From Bacteroidales bacterium (GTDB lineage Bacteria > Bacteroidota > Bacteroidia > Bacteroidales > UBA12481), in contig JBAZTE010000007.1 of assembly GCA_041662065.1 (NCBI GenBank), forward strand, positions 134,466 to 198,465: 64,000 nucleotides of DNA. Direction: 5' to 3'. Every line of letters begins with the position of its first letter. Within the stretch, counting starts at the first letter, position 1. A program made the translations under genes and the position numbers. A model generated the notes under the pieces. That model was not told the origin of the DNA. It was given only the letters and a program-made list of their open reading frames with translations, and searched no databases. Positions 1-10,861 of the stretch are shown here, piece by piece.

Positions 1-815
1 CAATCGTGCTCTTTTACCGGGGAGAAATTCCCGGATCTGAATCGAGGATGATCAGTGTTATCGGCACGCGTAACCCGACAAACCGGGGCAGGCAACTGAC
101 CCGCGAGCTGATAAACGGGCTGGCCGGGAAGGGGCACCGGGTGGTCATCACTTCAGGGCTTGCTTACGGGATCGATATTCAGGCACATCTCGCCGCACTG
201 GAATCAGGACTGAAAACAATTGCCGTTCTCGGGCATGGCTTTCACACACTATATCCGGCCGTCCATCGTCAGATAGCCGAAAGAATATCAGGGCAGGGAG
301 CCCTGATGTCAGACTTTTTCAGCCACAACCTCCCGGAACCAAAAAATTTCATCCGACGCAACCGTATCATTGCCGGACTGACAGAAGCCACACTGGTCAT
401 CGAGTCGGGGATTAAAGGCGGAGCCATGGTTACCGCAGAAATGGCCAACTCCTATGACCGGGATGTTATGGCGATACCCGGTAGGCCCGATGATCCCATG
501 TCGAAAGGCTGTAACCATTTGATCCGCACCCATCAGGCAGCATTGATCGAGAGTGCCGATGACCTGGAATTTTTACTGGGCTGGAACCAGAATTCAGTCC
601 CTAAAACCTTCATCCAGCCGATCCTTTTTGAAGAGCTGGACCCCAACGAATTATCGGTCTTTAATATCCTCGACGGGGAGGCCATGTCGGTCGACCAGAT
701 CTGTCGGTTGGCAGCTATGCCTGTTCAACATGTTTCATTTATCCTTTTAAGCCTGGAATTCAAGGGATTAATTCAGGCGATGCCCGGAAAAATCTATACC
801 AGAACCTCCAATTAA
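1..815 (+). CDS. dprA: DNA-processing protein DprA/Smf (5' partial, open to window edge)
   Basis: The ORF 6..815 is open to the window start. The translation carries the DprA Rossmann-like core (VIGTRNPT..GR, SGLAYGIDxxAH, GxxAVLGxG) and a C-terminal winged-helix-like tail. At 269 aa it is shorter than typical DprA, consistent with truncation by the window. Confidence 0.85.
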   Translation, partial: IVLFYRGEIPGSESRMISVIGTRNPTNRGRQLTRELINGLAGKGHRVVITSGLAYGIDIQAHLAALESGLKTIAVLGHGFHTLYPAVHRQIAERISGQGALMSDFFSHNLPEPKNFIRRNRIIAGLTEATLVIESGIKGGAMVTAEMANSYDRDVMAIPGRPDDPMSKGCNHLIRTHQAALIESADDLEFLLGWNQNSVPKTFIQPILFEELDPNELSVFNILDGEAMSVDQICRLAAMPVQHVSFILLSLEFKGLIQAMPGKIYTRTSN

Positions 816-904
816 TATCTTAAAAATATGTTGCAAATCGTTTTTTATTCATAAGAATTCCGTTACATTTTGGGCACTAAAATCAATGAAATATTATTTT
901 ATAA

Positions 905-2257
<1,353 letters not shown>

Positions 2258-2270
2258 TGGTATGACAATT

Positions 2271-2350
2271 ACTTACAGTTGACAACTTTTCCTCAAGTTG
2301 TCAACTGTAAGTTAATAGAGTTGACAACTTGAGGAAAAGTTGTCAACTCT
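2271..2350. repeat. Two tandem perfect hairpins built from one 28-nt module in opposite orientations
   Basis: Hairpin 1 (2271..2312) is ACTTACAGTTGACAACTT-TTCCTC-AAGTTGTCAACTGTAAGT. Hairpin 2 (2317..2350) is AGAGTTGACAACTT-GAGGAA-AAGTTGTCAACTCT. The 28-mer 2278..2305 is the exact reverse complement of 2320..2347. Confidence 0.85.
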
Positions 2351-2354
2351 AGTT

Positions 2355-2394
2355 AAGGCTGACAGCTTTTTGATAAGCTGTCAGCCTTTTTTTT
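2355..2394 (+). terminator. Rho-independent terminator of gdhA
   Basis: AAGGCTGACAGCT / AGCTGTCAGCCTT forms a 13-bp stem followed by a T8 run. The stem sequence (GCTGACAGCTT) is related to the two upstream hairpins (GTTGACAACTT). Confidence 0.8.
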
Positions 2395-2401
2395 ACCTTT
2401 G
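2394..2401 (+). promoter_or_regulatory. Candidate Bacteroidota -7 promoter box (TACCTTTG) for tatD-ansA
   Basis: Exact match to TAnnTTTG, 19 nt upstream of the tatD ATG. It overlaps the terminator T-tract. Confidence 0.4.
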
Positions 2402-2419
2402 TTCCCTGATCTTTTTTAA

Positions 2420-3187
2420 ATGGAACTCACAGATACTCATTGTCATATATATCTTCCTGAATTTGACGGCGACCGTTCGGCAGCGATAGAACGCGCCTTT
2501 GCTGCCGGGATCCGACGGATGTTTCTTCCCAATGTCGATCATTCGACTTCCGGCGCACTGCTTGATCTGGCCAATCAATATCCCGATCACTGCTTTCCTC
2601 TGATGGGACTCCATCCCACCTCGGTAGGCGAGGGATTTGAAAACGAGCTGAAACAGATAGAATTCCTATTGGATTCCAACAGATTCTACGGAATTGGCGA
2701 GATCGGCATCGATCTCTACTGGGATAAAACTTTCAGGGATCAGCAGGAAGAAGCATTCCGGATCCAGCTTCAATGGGCTTCGAAGCGAAATCTTCCGGTA
2801 GTCATCCATGTCAGAAACAGCCATAATGAGACGATACGTATCATTGAGGCATCCGGGTTCACCAACCTGAAGGGTATTTTCCACTGTTTCAGCGGAACCA
2901 TCGAACAGGCCGGGGAGATAACCGCTTTGGGTTTCCACCTCGGCATCGGGGGGGTGTCAACTTACAAAAATTCCGGTCTTGAAACGGTGCTCCCGCTCAT
3001 CGACCCTCAATGGATCGTCCTTGAAACCGATGCACCTTACCTGGCTCCGGTCCCTTTCCGCGGCAAGCGTAACGAGCCGGCGTATTTGCTGAATACAGCA
3101 ACCCGGGTAGCTGAAATATATGGTATGAGCCTGATGGATCTCGGACAACTGACAACCGGTAACAGTAAAAAGCTTTTCGGGATATGA
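2420..3187 (+). CDS. TatD-family metal-dependent hydrolase/DNase
   Basis: 255 aa. It has the N-terminal DTHCH motif and the later IGEIGLD-like (IGEIGIDLYW) and HCFSG motifs typical of TatD/YabD. Confidence 0.9.
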   Translation: MELTDTHCHIYLPEFDGDRSAAIERAFAAGIRRMFLPNVDHSTSGALLDLANQYPDHCFPLMGLHPTSVGEGFENELKQIEFLLDSNRFYGIGEIGIDLYWDKTFRDQQEEAFRIQLQWASKRNLPVVIHVRNSHNETIRIIEASGFTNLKGIFHCFSGTIEQAGEITALGFHLGIGGVSTYKNSGLETVLPLIDPQWIVLETDAPYLAPVPFRGKRNEPAYLLNTATRVAEIYGMSLMDLGQLTTGNSKKLFGI

Positions 3188-4221
3188 CTACCCGTAAAAA
3201 ACCTTCCATTCTGATCATTTATACCGGTGGTACCATCGGGATGATCACCGAGCCTATGACCCGGTCGCTGGTACCGGTTGATTTCAATGAAATTTCAGCT
3301 CAATTACCTGAATTGCTTCGTTTTGACCTGAATTTATCGACCTATGCCTTTAACCCGGTCATTGATTCATCCAATATAACTCCTGATTTTTGGGTTCAGC
3401 TGAGCCTGGTTATCGAACGGGAATATCTTAACCATGACGGATTCGTCATTCTGCACGGCACTGACACCATGTGTTATAGCGCTTCAGCCTTGAGTTTCAT
3501 GCTGGAAAACCTGAATAAGCCGGTTGTTTTTACCGGATCGCAGCTTCCTATCGGTGTGCTTCGTACCGACGGCAAGGAAAATCTACTCACAGCTATCGAG
3601 ATTGCTGCTGAAAGAAGGAATGATCAACCCATGGTTCCGGAGGTCAGCATATTCTTTCAGACCCGGTTATACCGAGGCAACCGGACATCAAAACACAATG
3701 CGGAGTACTTCAATGCTTTCGTCTCCGAGAATTATCCCCCGCTGGCCGAAGCAGGGATCAGCATTCATTATAATTACGGGGCCATACACTACCCTGTCCA
3801 TGAAAAACCATTAAAGGTCCATTCGAAGCTCAGCGACCAGGTGGCGATCCTTAAACTTTTTCCAGGAATCAGGCGGGAAGTGGTAGAGGCAGTCCTTAAA
3901 CTTCAGGGGTTAAGAGGGGTTGTTCTGGAAACTTTTGGTGCCGGAAATGCATCGACCGCCGACTGGTTTATACAGGAGATCAGGTCGGCCTGCGAACGCG
4001 GCCTGGTGATCCTGAATGTTACGCAATGCCCCGCAGGTTCTGTGAATCCGGGGAAATATGAAACCAGTCGCTTGCTTCATCAGGCAGGGGTGATTAACGG
4101 TCACGACCTGACTACCGAAGCCGCTGTTACCAAATTGATGTTTCTCCTCGGGCAGGCTATCGACCCGGATAGAGTAAAAGAGCACTTAAACGTTTCAATC
4201 AGTGGTGAAATTACTGTTTAG
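3184..4221 (+). CDS. ansA: L-asparaginase, type I (cytoplasmic)
   Basis: 345 aa. It has the N-terminal ILIIYTGGTIGM catalytic-Thr motif and HGTDTM. The start overlaps the tatD stop by 4 nt (ATGA). Confidence 0.9.
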   Translation: MTTRKKPSILIIYTGGTIGMITEPMTRSLVPVDFNEISAQLPELLRFDLNLSTYAFNPVIDSSNITPDFWVQLSLVIEREYLNHDGFVILHGTDTMCYSASALSFMLENLNKPVVFTGSQLPIGVLRTDGKENLLTAIEIAAERRNDQPMVPEVSIFFQTRLYRGNRTSKHNAEYFNAFVSENYPPLAEAGISIHYNYGAIHYPVHEKPLKVHSKLSDQVAILKLFPGIRREVVEAVLKLQGLRGVVLETFGAGNASTADWFIQEIRSACERGLVILNVTQCPAGSVNPGKYETSRLLHQAGVINGHDLTTEAAVTKLMFLLGQAIDPDRVKEHLNVSISGEITV

Positions 4222-4266
4222 GACCATGGATTTCATATTTTTTTAGTAATTTTCGCCGCGTTTTTT

Positions 4267-4359
4267 GGAGAGATGGCCGAGTGGTCGAAGGCGCACGCCT
4301 GGAAAGCGTGTACCCTGCGTGAAGCGGGGTCGAGGGTTCGAATCCCTCTTTCTCCGCCA
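4267..4359 (+). tRNA. tRNA-Ser (anticodon GGA), CCA encoded
   Basis: Manual cloverleaf fold. The acceptor stem is GGAGAGA/TTTCTCC with one G-U pair. The anticodon stem is CACGC/GCGTG with loop CTGGAAA. It has a long variable arm, a GGTTCGAATCC T-arm, discriminator G and CCA. Confidence 0.9.
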
Positions 4360-4368
4360 AATTTTTAT

Positions 4369-4376
4369 TAATTTTG
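4369..4376 (+). promoter_or_regulatory. Candidate -7 promoter box (TAATTTTG) for the exbB-exbD operon
   Basis: Exact TAnnTTTG match 46 nt upstream of the exbB ATG. Confidence 0.4.
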
Positions 4377-4421
4377 TAAAACAAACACTGAAACAAGTAT
4401 TAACCAATCGATTTTTTAGTC

Positions 4422-5228
4422 ATGAAAAAATTTGCTTTAATAGCTATTATTGGGATGCTTACCATTGGAGCATCGTTCATTGTCCTTAAGGCTCAGAATC
4501 AGCCCACGACCTCCCCCGATACATCGGTGGTAAAGCCTGCTGCTACCGTAGCTCCGGCAACTAAAACTGCTGCACCGGTTGAAGCAGAAAAATCAATGCA
4601 TCAGGTAGTTAAAGAAAAATTCATCGAAGGGGGTCCTGGTTTTATGGGCATCATCGCTCTTACGATGATCGTTGGTTTGGCCATTTCGATTGAAAGGATC
4701 ATTTACCTTTCCATGTCAACCACCAATACCACAAAACTCCTGAACAAAATCGAAAAAGCTCTTGCCGACAATGGAATTGAAGGCGCTAAAGAAGTTTGCC
4801 GCGACACCCGCGGACCGGTTGCCAGCATTTTCTACCAGGGACTGGAACGCCATCCTGAAGGTCTCGACATGGTTGAAAAATCCGTGATCTCCTATGGCAG
4901 CGTTCAGATGGGTTTGCTTGAAAGTGGCTTAACTTGGATTTCCCTCATGATTTCCATCGCCCCTATGTTGGGATTCTTGGGTACAGTAATCGGGATGGTA
5001 CAGGCATTCGACGCTATCCAGAAAGCCGGTGAAATTTCCCCGACCCTGGTTGCTGCCGGTATCAAAGTGGCCTTGTTGACCACCGTATTCGGTTTGATCG
5101 TAGCAATGATCCTCCAGGTACTTTACAATTATTGCCTATCTAAAATTGACTCCATTACGAACGATATGGAAAACGGATCGATCAGTTTTATGGATATGCT
5201 GATCCGTTTCAACATGGCGAAAAAATAA
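4422..5228 (+). CDS. exbB: MotA/TolQ/ExbB proton-channel family protein
   Basis: 268 aa. It has a signal/TM segment, a Pro/Thr/Ala-rich spacer and the conserved C-terminal channel region (SIAPMLGFLGTVIGMVQAF). Confidence 0.85.
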   Translation: MKKFALIAIIGMLTIGASFIVLKAQNQPTTSPDTSVVKPAATVAPATKTAAPVEAEKSMHQVVKEKFIEGGPGFMGIIALTMIVGLAISIERIIYLSMSTTNTTKLLNKIEKALADNGIEGAKEVCRDTRGPVASIFYQGLERHPEGLDMVEKSVISYGSVQMGLLESGLTWISLMISIAPMLGFLGTVIGMVQAFDAIQKAGEISPTLVAAGIKVALLTTVFGLIVAMILQVLYNYCLSKIDSITNDMENGSISFMDMLIRFNMAKK

Positions 5229-5246
5229 GGGAAAGGAGTTCCTATT

Positions 5247-5723
5247 ATGAAAAAACAGAAACTTTACCTCCGCATCGCCGAGATATTCTTTTTCTCGCTG
5301 ATGGGCATAAGCGTTCTGCTCACGCTTATATTCTATTTGAATATTGGGAAAGTCAACACCAATGATCCGCTCGTCAAGCAGATCTCAGAAATGGGTCCAA
5401 CTTTGGATTACCTGACCTATTGGGCCTACCTGCTGACCATTTTATCAGTACTCTTTGCCATAGGGTTTCCTGCAATTCAGGTTATTTCGAACCCAAAACA
5501 GGGATTAAAAGCACTGTTCTCGGTTATTGGTATTGCTATCATGATGTTCATTGCCTATAGTCTGGGTGATGATACTATCATGGATATTGCCGGTTACAAT
5601 GGCACCGGTAATGTACCAAAGACCTTAAAAATGACTGATATGGCTCTTTTTTCAATGTATGCCATGATTGCAGGGGCGGTCATCGCCCTTCTATATTCGG
5701 AGATTAGTAAACTATTCAAATAA
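5247..5723 (+). CDS. Hypothetical integral membrane protein (about 4 TM) within the exb cluster
   Basis: 158 aa with four hydrophobic stretches, tightly packed between exbB and exbD. I recognise no catalytic motif. Confidence 0.6.
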   Translation: MKKQKLYLRIAEIFFFSLMGISVLLTLIFYLNIGKVNTNDPLVKQISEMGPTLDYLTYWAYLLTILSVLFAIGFPAIQVISNPKQGLKALFSVIGIAIMMFIAYSLGDDTIMDIAGYNGTGNVPKTLKMTDMALFSMYAMIAGAVIALLYSEISKLFK

Positions 5724-5731
5724 ACTAAGGT

Positions 5732-6301
5732 ATGTCTAGGAAAAAAAGGAAATTCCCTGAAGTACCAAGTGCATCACTGGCTGATATTGCTTTCCTGCTG
5801 ATTATTTTCTTCATTGTATCAACAACGATGGATGTTGACACCGGGATTTACCGGTTGCTTCCCCAGTGGGTGGACAATGTTGAAGCTCCAAAAATCAATA
5901 AGAGGAATACCTTCGTTGTTTTGATCAATAAAAACAATGACCTCGCCATCAACGGTGAATTTGCGCAGGTATCTGACATAAAGGACCGTCTGAAGGAATT
6001 CATCATGAACCCCAATGATAATCCCAATCTTTCCGAAAAGAAAGAAGAAGTTATCGAAGGGATCGGACCCTTCATGAGGTCGCAGGGAATTGTATCACTT
6101 CAGAATGACCGGGGCACAGACTATGGCGCCTATATGGATGTACAGAATGAAATCGTCAGGGGAATCAATGAACTCCGTGATGAATTTGCATCGCAACGAT
6201 TTGGGATGAAAATGAGTAAACTCACTGAAACACAGCAAGAAGCAGTCAAGAAGGCATTCCCGACTGCCATCTCTGAAGCTGAACCTCAGGAAATCAAATA
6301 A
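5732..6301 (+). CDS. exbD: Biopolymer transporter ExbD/TolR family
   Basis: 189 aa. It has the N-terminal ASLADIAFLLIIFFIVSTT anchor motif typical of ExbD. Confidence 0.85.
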   Translation: MSRKKRKFPEVPSASLADIAFLLIIFFIVSTTMDVDTGIYRLLPQWVDNVEAPKINKRNTFVVLINKNNDLAINGEFAQVSDIKDRLKEFIMNPNDNPNLSEKKEEVIEGIGPFMRSQGIVSLQNDRGTDYGAYMDVQNEIVRGINELRDEFASQRFGMKMSKLTETQQEAVKKAFPTAISEAEPQEIK

Positions 6302-6316
6302 CAGGAGATAATAATT

Positions 6317-6802
6317 ATGTCAAAATTCAATCCCGATAATGCTAAGAAATCGGTTCCGGATATTACAACCGCCTCCCTGCCTGATATCATGTTCATGTTG
6401 CTTTTCTTTTTTATGGTTTCAACGACCCTCAGAGAGAATGAACTAAAAATAACGACCCAGATTCCTTTCGCCACGGAAATTACCAAGCTGGAGAAGAAAT
6501 CCCTCGTTAGTTATATCTATGTGGGTTCACCCCGCAGGGAGTACCAAACGAAAATGGGTACGGAATCCCGTATTCAGCTCGACGATAACTTCGCTACCGT
6601 TAATGATATCCGCGGTTATATCGCAGGTGAATGGGAAAAACGGGATGAAGCCGACCGTCCCAAAATGACGGTTTCGCTCAAAGCTGATGAAAAAACCAAA
6701 ATGGGGATCATCACCGAGATTAAAACCGAACTCAGAAAAGCAGAAGCTCTTAAGATCAATTACTCCGCAAAAAGAAAATTCGTAAATACACGGAGTAACT
6801 AG
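6317..6802 (+). CDS. exbD: Biopolymer transporter ExbD/TolR family (second paralog)
   Basis: 161 aa with the ASLPDIMFMLLFFFMVSTT anchor motif. Confidence 0.85.
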   Translation: MSKFNPDNAKKSVPDITTASLPDIMFMLLFFFMVSTTLRENELKITTQIPFATEITKLEKKSLVSYIYVGSPRREYQTKMGTESRIQLDDNFATVNDIRGYIAGEWEKRDEADRPKMTVSLKADEKTKMGIITEIKTELRKAEALKINYSAKRKFVNTRSN

Positions 6803-6823
6803 GATCTGTACCATATAAACGAA

Positions 6824-6850
6824 GATGGCCGCCTGACAGCGGCCATTTTT
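6824..6850. terminator. Bidirectional intrinsic terminator between exbD (+) and tatC (-)
   Basis: ATGGCCGC-CTGACA-GCGGCCAT hairpin followed by TTTTTG on the + strand, with an A-rich 5' flank. Confidence 0.7.
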
Positions 6851-6852
6851 GT

Positions 6853-7689
6853 TTATTCGTCCGCCGCCTCGCGTGCATCACGCTGCTTCTCGATCCTTGC
6901 CGAGATAAAGATGGATACCTCAAAAAGAGCATACATCGGGATGGTTACCATGACCTGGCTGAAAATATCGGGCGGAGTGATAATCCCGGCTATAACGAGA
7001 ATGACGATCAGAGCATGCTTCCGGTACTTGCGCATATACCCGGGCGTGACAATACCCACCTTGCTCAGGAAATATACCAGAATCGGCAGCTCGAAAATCA
7101 AACCGCTCGCAAAAACAAGGGAGGTGATAATGCCGATATAAGACTTCAGGTTAATCTGGTTCAACACCTCATTACTGACCGAGTACGTTCCTAAAAAATT
7201 GATTGTCAGAGGTGTAATTAAAAAGTATCCAAAAAGTACACCCAGCATAAAAAGAAATGTGGTGTAGAAAACCATTCCTGATGAATACCTGCGCTCCTTG
7301 GCCTCAAGGGCGGGCATGATAAACCGGTAAAGCTCCCACAAAATATACGGTGCGGAAAGAATCAGGCCTCCGTATAACGCAATCGTCATATTGATCCTGA
7401 ACTGACCGGCCATTTCAATGTTGATCAATTGCAGGGGCAGGTCGTTGATGCAAAGTTTATCAGTATGCACCAGATGCCCCAGTTTGCACAACAGCCGGTT
7501 GGTAATGAAATCAACCGATTTGGGAGCCAGCAGGATATGATCGAAAATGAACTTTGTAAAAATGAAGACTATAACTGCGAAAAAACCGACAGAGGCTATC
7601 GAACGCAGCAAATGCCCCCTCAGCACCTCAAGGTGCTCAAGGAAAGTCATATCGTTCGCATCCTTGTTTTTAAGCTTTTTCTTGTCCAC
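6853..7689 (-). CDS. tatC: Twin-arginine translocase subunit TatC
   Basis: 278 aa polytopic membrane protein. It has the N-terminal MTFLEHLEVLR motif and six TM segments typical of TatC. Confidence 0.9.
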   Translation of the reverse strand: MDKKKLKNKDANDMTFLEHLEVLRGHLLRSIASVGFFAVIVFIFTKFIFDHILLAPKSVDFITNRLLCKLGHLVHTDKLCINDLPLQLINIEMAGQFRINMTIALYGGLILSAPYILWELYRFIMPALEAKERRYSSGMVFYTTFLFMLGVLFGYFLITPLTINFLGTYSVSNEVLNQINLKSYIGIITSLVFASGLIFELPILVYFLSKVGIVTPGYMRKYRKHALIVILVIAGIITPPDIFSQVMVTIPMYALFEVSIFISARIEKQRDAREAADE

Positions 7690-7746
7690 AACGGAGCGAA
7701 TTAAATAGTTGGGAATTGCCTGAAGCTCGGTATCAAAGGAATCCGG

Positions 7747-7950
7747 TTACTCCTTCTTGTCGACAGAATTGACCTTGTTGGTCTCTTCTTCGTTACCTTT
7801 TGAAGCATCCTTGAATTCCTTAATCCCCTTACCCAGTCCACGCATCAGTTCGGGAATTTTTTTACCGCCAAACATCAGAACCACAACAAGGACAATCAGA
7901 ATAATCTCGGTAGGTCCGAGAACCCCAGCTAATACCATTGCTAAATTCAT
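7747..7950 (-). CDS. tatA: Twin-arginine translocase subunit TatA/E
   Basis: 67 aa. It has a single TM followed by [21 protein letters not shown], the amphipathic helix hallmark. Confidence 0.9.
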   Translation of the reverse strand: MNLAMVLAGVLGPTEIILIVLVVVLMFGGKKIPELMRGLGKGIKEFKDASKGNEEETNKVNSVDKKE

Positions 7951-8066
7951 GTCAATATCTGTTTTATAAAGCCCGGTAAAGGTATAACATTTTCATAGAA
8001 ACCATGGTTTTTATACTTTCGCCAAATATTTTTCATTCCGCAAGGAAATCAGATATCTTCACAGCT

Positions 8067-10850
8067 ATGGAATACAACTTCAGGGAAATCGAACCCAAGT
8101 GGCAGGCGTACTGGAAATCTAACGGCACTTTTACAGTGACGACAGATCCCGGGAAACCAAAATTTTATGTGCTGGACATGTTCCCCTACCCTTCGGGTGC
8201 CGGACTTCACGTGGGCCATCCGCTTGGATATATTGCATCGGATATTTATTCCTGGTATAAGCGGCTGAAAGGATTTAACGTACTCCATCCGATGGGATAT
8301 GATGCATTCGGCCTGCCCGCGGAGCAATATGCCATTCAAACCGGACAGCATCCGGCGATTACGACTGAGAACAATATCCGGAGATACCGCGAACAGCTGG
8401 ATAAAATCGGATTCTCTTTTGATTGGACCCGTGAAGTAAGAACCTGTGATCCTGATTATTATCATTGGACCCAGTGGGTTTTTATCCAGTTATTCAATCA
8501 CTGGTACAATACTTCAACTGACCAGGCGGAGCCCATCGATTCCCTGACGATGCACTTTGGTGTTCAGGGAACTGCCGGAATGAACGCTGCCTGTACTGAA
8601 CTGCTGGATTTCAGCGCCGACGAATGGAATACCATGATCCCGGAAAAGCAGCAGGAGATCCTGTTCAATTACCGGCTGGCTTACCTGGCCGAAACGTTGG
8701 TCAACTGGTGTCCCGCCCTCGGAACAGTCCTGGCCAATGATGAGGTAAAGGAAGGGTTCTCGGTCAGGGGCGGTCACCCTGTTGAGCAAAAACGGATGAA
8801 ACAGTGGCTGCTGCGGGTATCTGCCTATTCCGAGCGCTTGCTCAAAGGCCTCGACCATATCGACTGGAGCGATTCGCTCAAGGAAATGCAGCGCAACTGG
8901 ATCGGAAAATCCGAAGGTGCCAACCTATATTTTGCGGTGCCATTTCACAATATTACCATAGAGATTTTTACCACCCGGGCCGATACCATTTACGGAGCGA
9001 CTTTCATGGTTCTGGCTCCCGAGTCTGAACTCGTCAGACTGCTGACCCGCCCAGACCATAAGCAGGATGTGGAAGATTATCTGCAGGAGACCCGCAAGCG
9101 TACCGAACGCGAACGGATGGCTGATGTTAAAAAAGTGACCGGCGTATTTACCGGTTCCTATGCGGTCAATCCGTTCACGGGCCTTGAAATACCAATCTGG
9201 GTGGCTGATTATGTACTGGCCGGTTACGGCACCGGGGCTATCATGGCCGTTCCGGCGCATGACAGCCGCGACTTCAAATTTGCCAGGCATTTCAACCTGC
9301 CTATTGTTCAGGTTGTACTGCAGCCCGGACAGGAGCCGACCGATCCTCTGACCTGGGAAGATTCCTTTGACGCCAAAGAAGGCACCATGATTCATTCGGA
9401 TTTCCTGAACGGATTGACGGTCCCGCAGGCTATTGCACGCACAAAGATCGAGGTGGAATCACGCCGGATTGGAAAAGTCCAGGTGAATTACAGGTTACGC
9501 GATGCCATTTTCAGCCGCCAGCGATATTGGGGTGAACCATTCCCGGTTTACTACAAGAACGGCCTGCCTTACGTCATGAAAGAATCGGAATTGCCGGTCC
9601 GACTGCCCGAGGTGGATGCTTTTCTTCCCACTGAAAAAGGGGAACCGCCTTTGGGCCGTGCTGCAAACTGGGTCACTTCAGAGGGATATCCCATTGAACT
9701 GAGCACGATGCCCGGATTTGCCGGATCCTCCGCTTACTATTTAAGATATATGGATCCGCTGAATAGGACTGCCCTGGTGTCAAAAGAAGCGAACGGGTAC
9801 TGGCAGGATGTCGATTTATATATCGGGGGTACCGAACATGCAACCGGTCACCTGATCTACTCACGTTTCTGGAACAAGTTCCTTTTTGATACCGGATATG
9901 TTTGCAGGGATGAACCTTTCCGGAAACTGATCAATCAGGGTATGATCCAGGGCCGGTCGAATTTCGCTTACCGGGTTAAAGGGACCAATAAGTTTGTTTC
10001 GCTGGGTTTGAAGGAGCAGTATGAAACAACTGATATCCATGTAGATGTCAATATCGTTCATCATGATGTTCTGGATACCGAAGCCTTTCGTAACTGGAAT
10101 CCGGAATATAAAGATGCAGAGTTCATCCTGGAGAATGGCAAATATATTTGCGGATGGGCCATCGAAAAAATGTCAAAATCAATGTACAACGTAGTCAATC
10201 CGGATATTATCATCGAAAAATATGGTGCCGATACCCTGCGGTTGTACGAAATGTTCCTGGGTCCGGTCGAGCAATCGAAACCGTGGGATACCAACGGAAT
10301 CGACGGAGTGTATAAATTCTTCCGCAAACTTTGGCGGCTTTACTATCAGGATTCCCAGGGCTGGACAGTGACCGATGAAGCTCCTTCAAATGCTGAATTC
10401 AAGGTGCTGCACCACACGATTAAAAGGATTGAGGAAGATATCCAGCGGTTCTCCTTCAACACGGCGGTGAGCACCTTTATGATCGGTGTAAATGTGTTGA
10501 CTGATCTTAACTGTCATAAAAAACAGATTCTTGAGCCCCTCCTGATTTTGATGGCACCTTTTGCCCCGCATTTTGCCGAAGAACTCTGGCATCAATTTGG
10601 ACATGGGGAGAGCATTTCAAAAAGCAATTGGCCTGAACTTATAACTACTTATCTGATAGAGAATAATATTGAGTACCCGGTTTCGTTTAATGGAAAAACG
10701 AGATTCAAGATTGAACTTCCGGCCGATTTGGATGTCAAAGGGATTGAAAATGCAGTGATGAACCACGCATTGACTGAAAGACAACTCCAGGGAGCCAAAC
10801 CCAAGAAGATCGTGGTCGTACCCGGACGCATAATAAATATTGTATTCTAA
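8067..10850 (+). CDS. leuS: Leucine--tRNA ligase
   Basis: It has the class I HIGH variant (HVGHPLGY) and KMSKS motifs and full-length LeuS architecture. I place the start at ATG 8067 ([13 protein letters not shown]..) rather than the ORF-track start at 8004. Confidence 0.95.
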   Translation: MEYNFREIEPKWQAYWKSNGTFTVTTDPGKPKFYVLDMFPYPSGAGLHVGHPLGYIASDIYSWYKRLKGFNVLHPMGYDAFGLPAEQYAIQTGQHPAITTENNIRRYREQLDKIGFSFDWTREVRTCDPDYYHWTQWVFIQLFNHWYNTSTDQAEPIDSLTMHFGVQGTAGMNAACTELLDFSADEWNTMIPEKQQEILFNYRLAYLAETLVNWCPALGTVLANDEVKEGFSVRGGHPVEQKRMKQWLLRVSAYSERLLKGLDHIDWSDSLKEMQRNWIGKSEGANLYFAVPFHNITIEIFTTRADTIYGATFMVLAPESELVRLLTRPDHKQDVEDYLQETRKRTERERMADVKKVTGVFTGSYAVNPFTGLEIPIWVADYVLAGYGTGAIMAVPAHDSRDFKFARHFNLPIVQVVLQPGQEPTDPLTWEDSFDAKEGTMIHSDFLNGLTVPQAIARTKIEVESRRIGKVQVNYRLRDAIFSRQRYWGEPFPVYYKNGLPYVMKESELPVRLPEVDAFLPTEKGEPPLGRAANWVTSEGYPIELSTMPGFAGSSAYYLRYMDPLNRTALVSKEANGYWQDVDLYIGGTEHATGHLIYSRFWNKFLFDTGYVCRDEPFRKLINQGMIQGRSNFAYRVKGTNKFVSLGLKEQYETTDIHVDVNIVHHDVLDTEAFRNWNPEYKDAEFILENGKYICGWAIEKMSKSMYNVVNPDIIIEKYGADTLRLYEMFLGPVEQSKPWDTNGIDGVYKFFRKLWRLYYQDSQGWTVTDEAPSNAEFKVLHHTIKRIEEDIQRFSFNTAVSTFMIGVNVLTDLNCHKKQILEPLLILMAPFAPHFAEELWHQFGHGESISKSNWPELITTYLIENNIEYPVSFNGKTRFKIELPADLDVKGIENAVMNHALTERQLQGAKPKKIVVVPGRIINIVF

Positions 10851-10861
10851 ACCAAAATCGC

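Noticed and set aside
4211-4489. ORFs 4211..4396 (-) and 4265..4489 (+)
   Set aside because: Both are read through the tRNA-Ser gene and its flanks. The tRNA fold is clean, so these ORFs are spurious.
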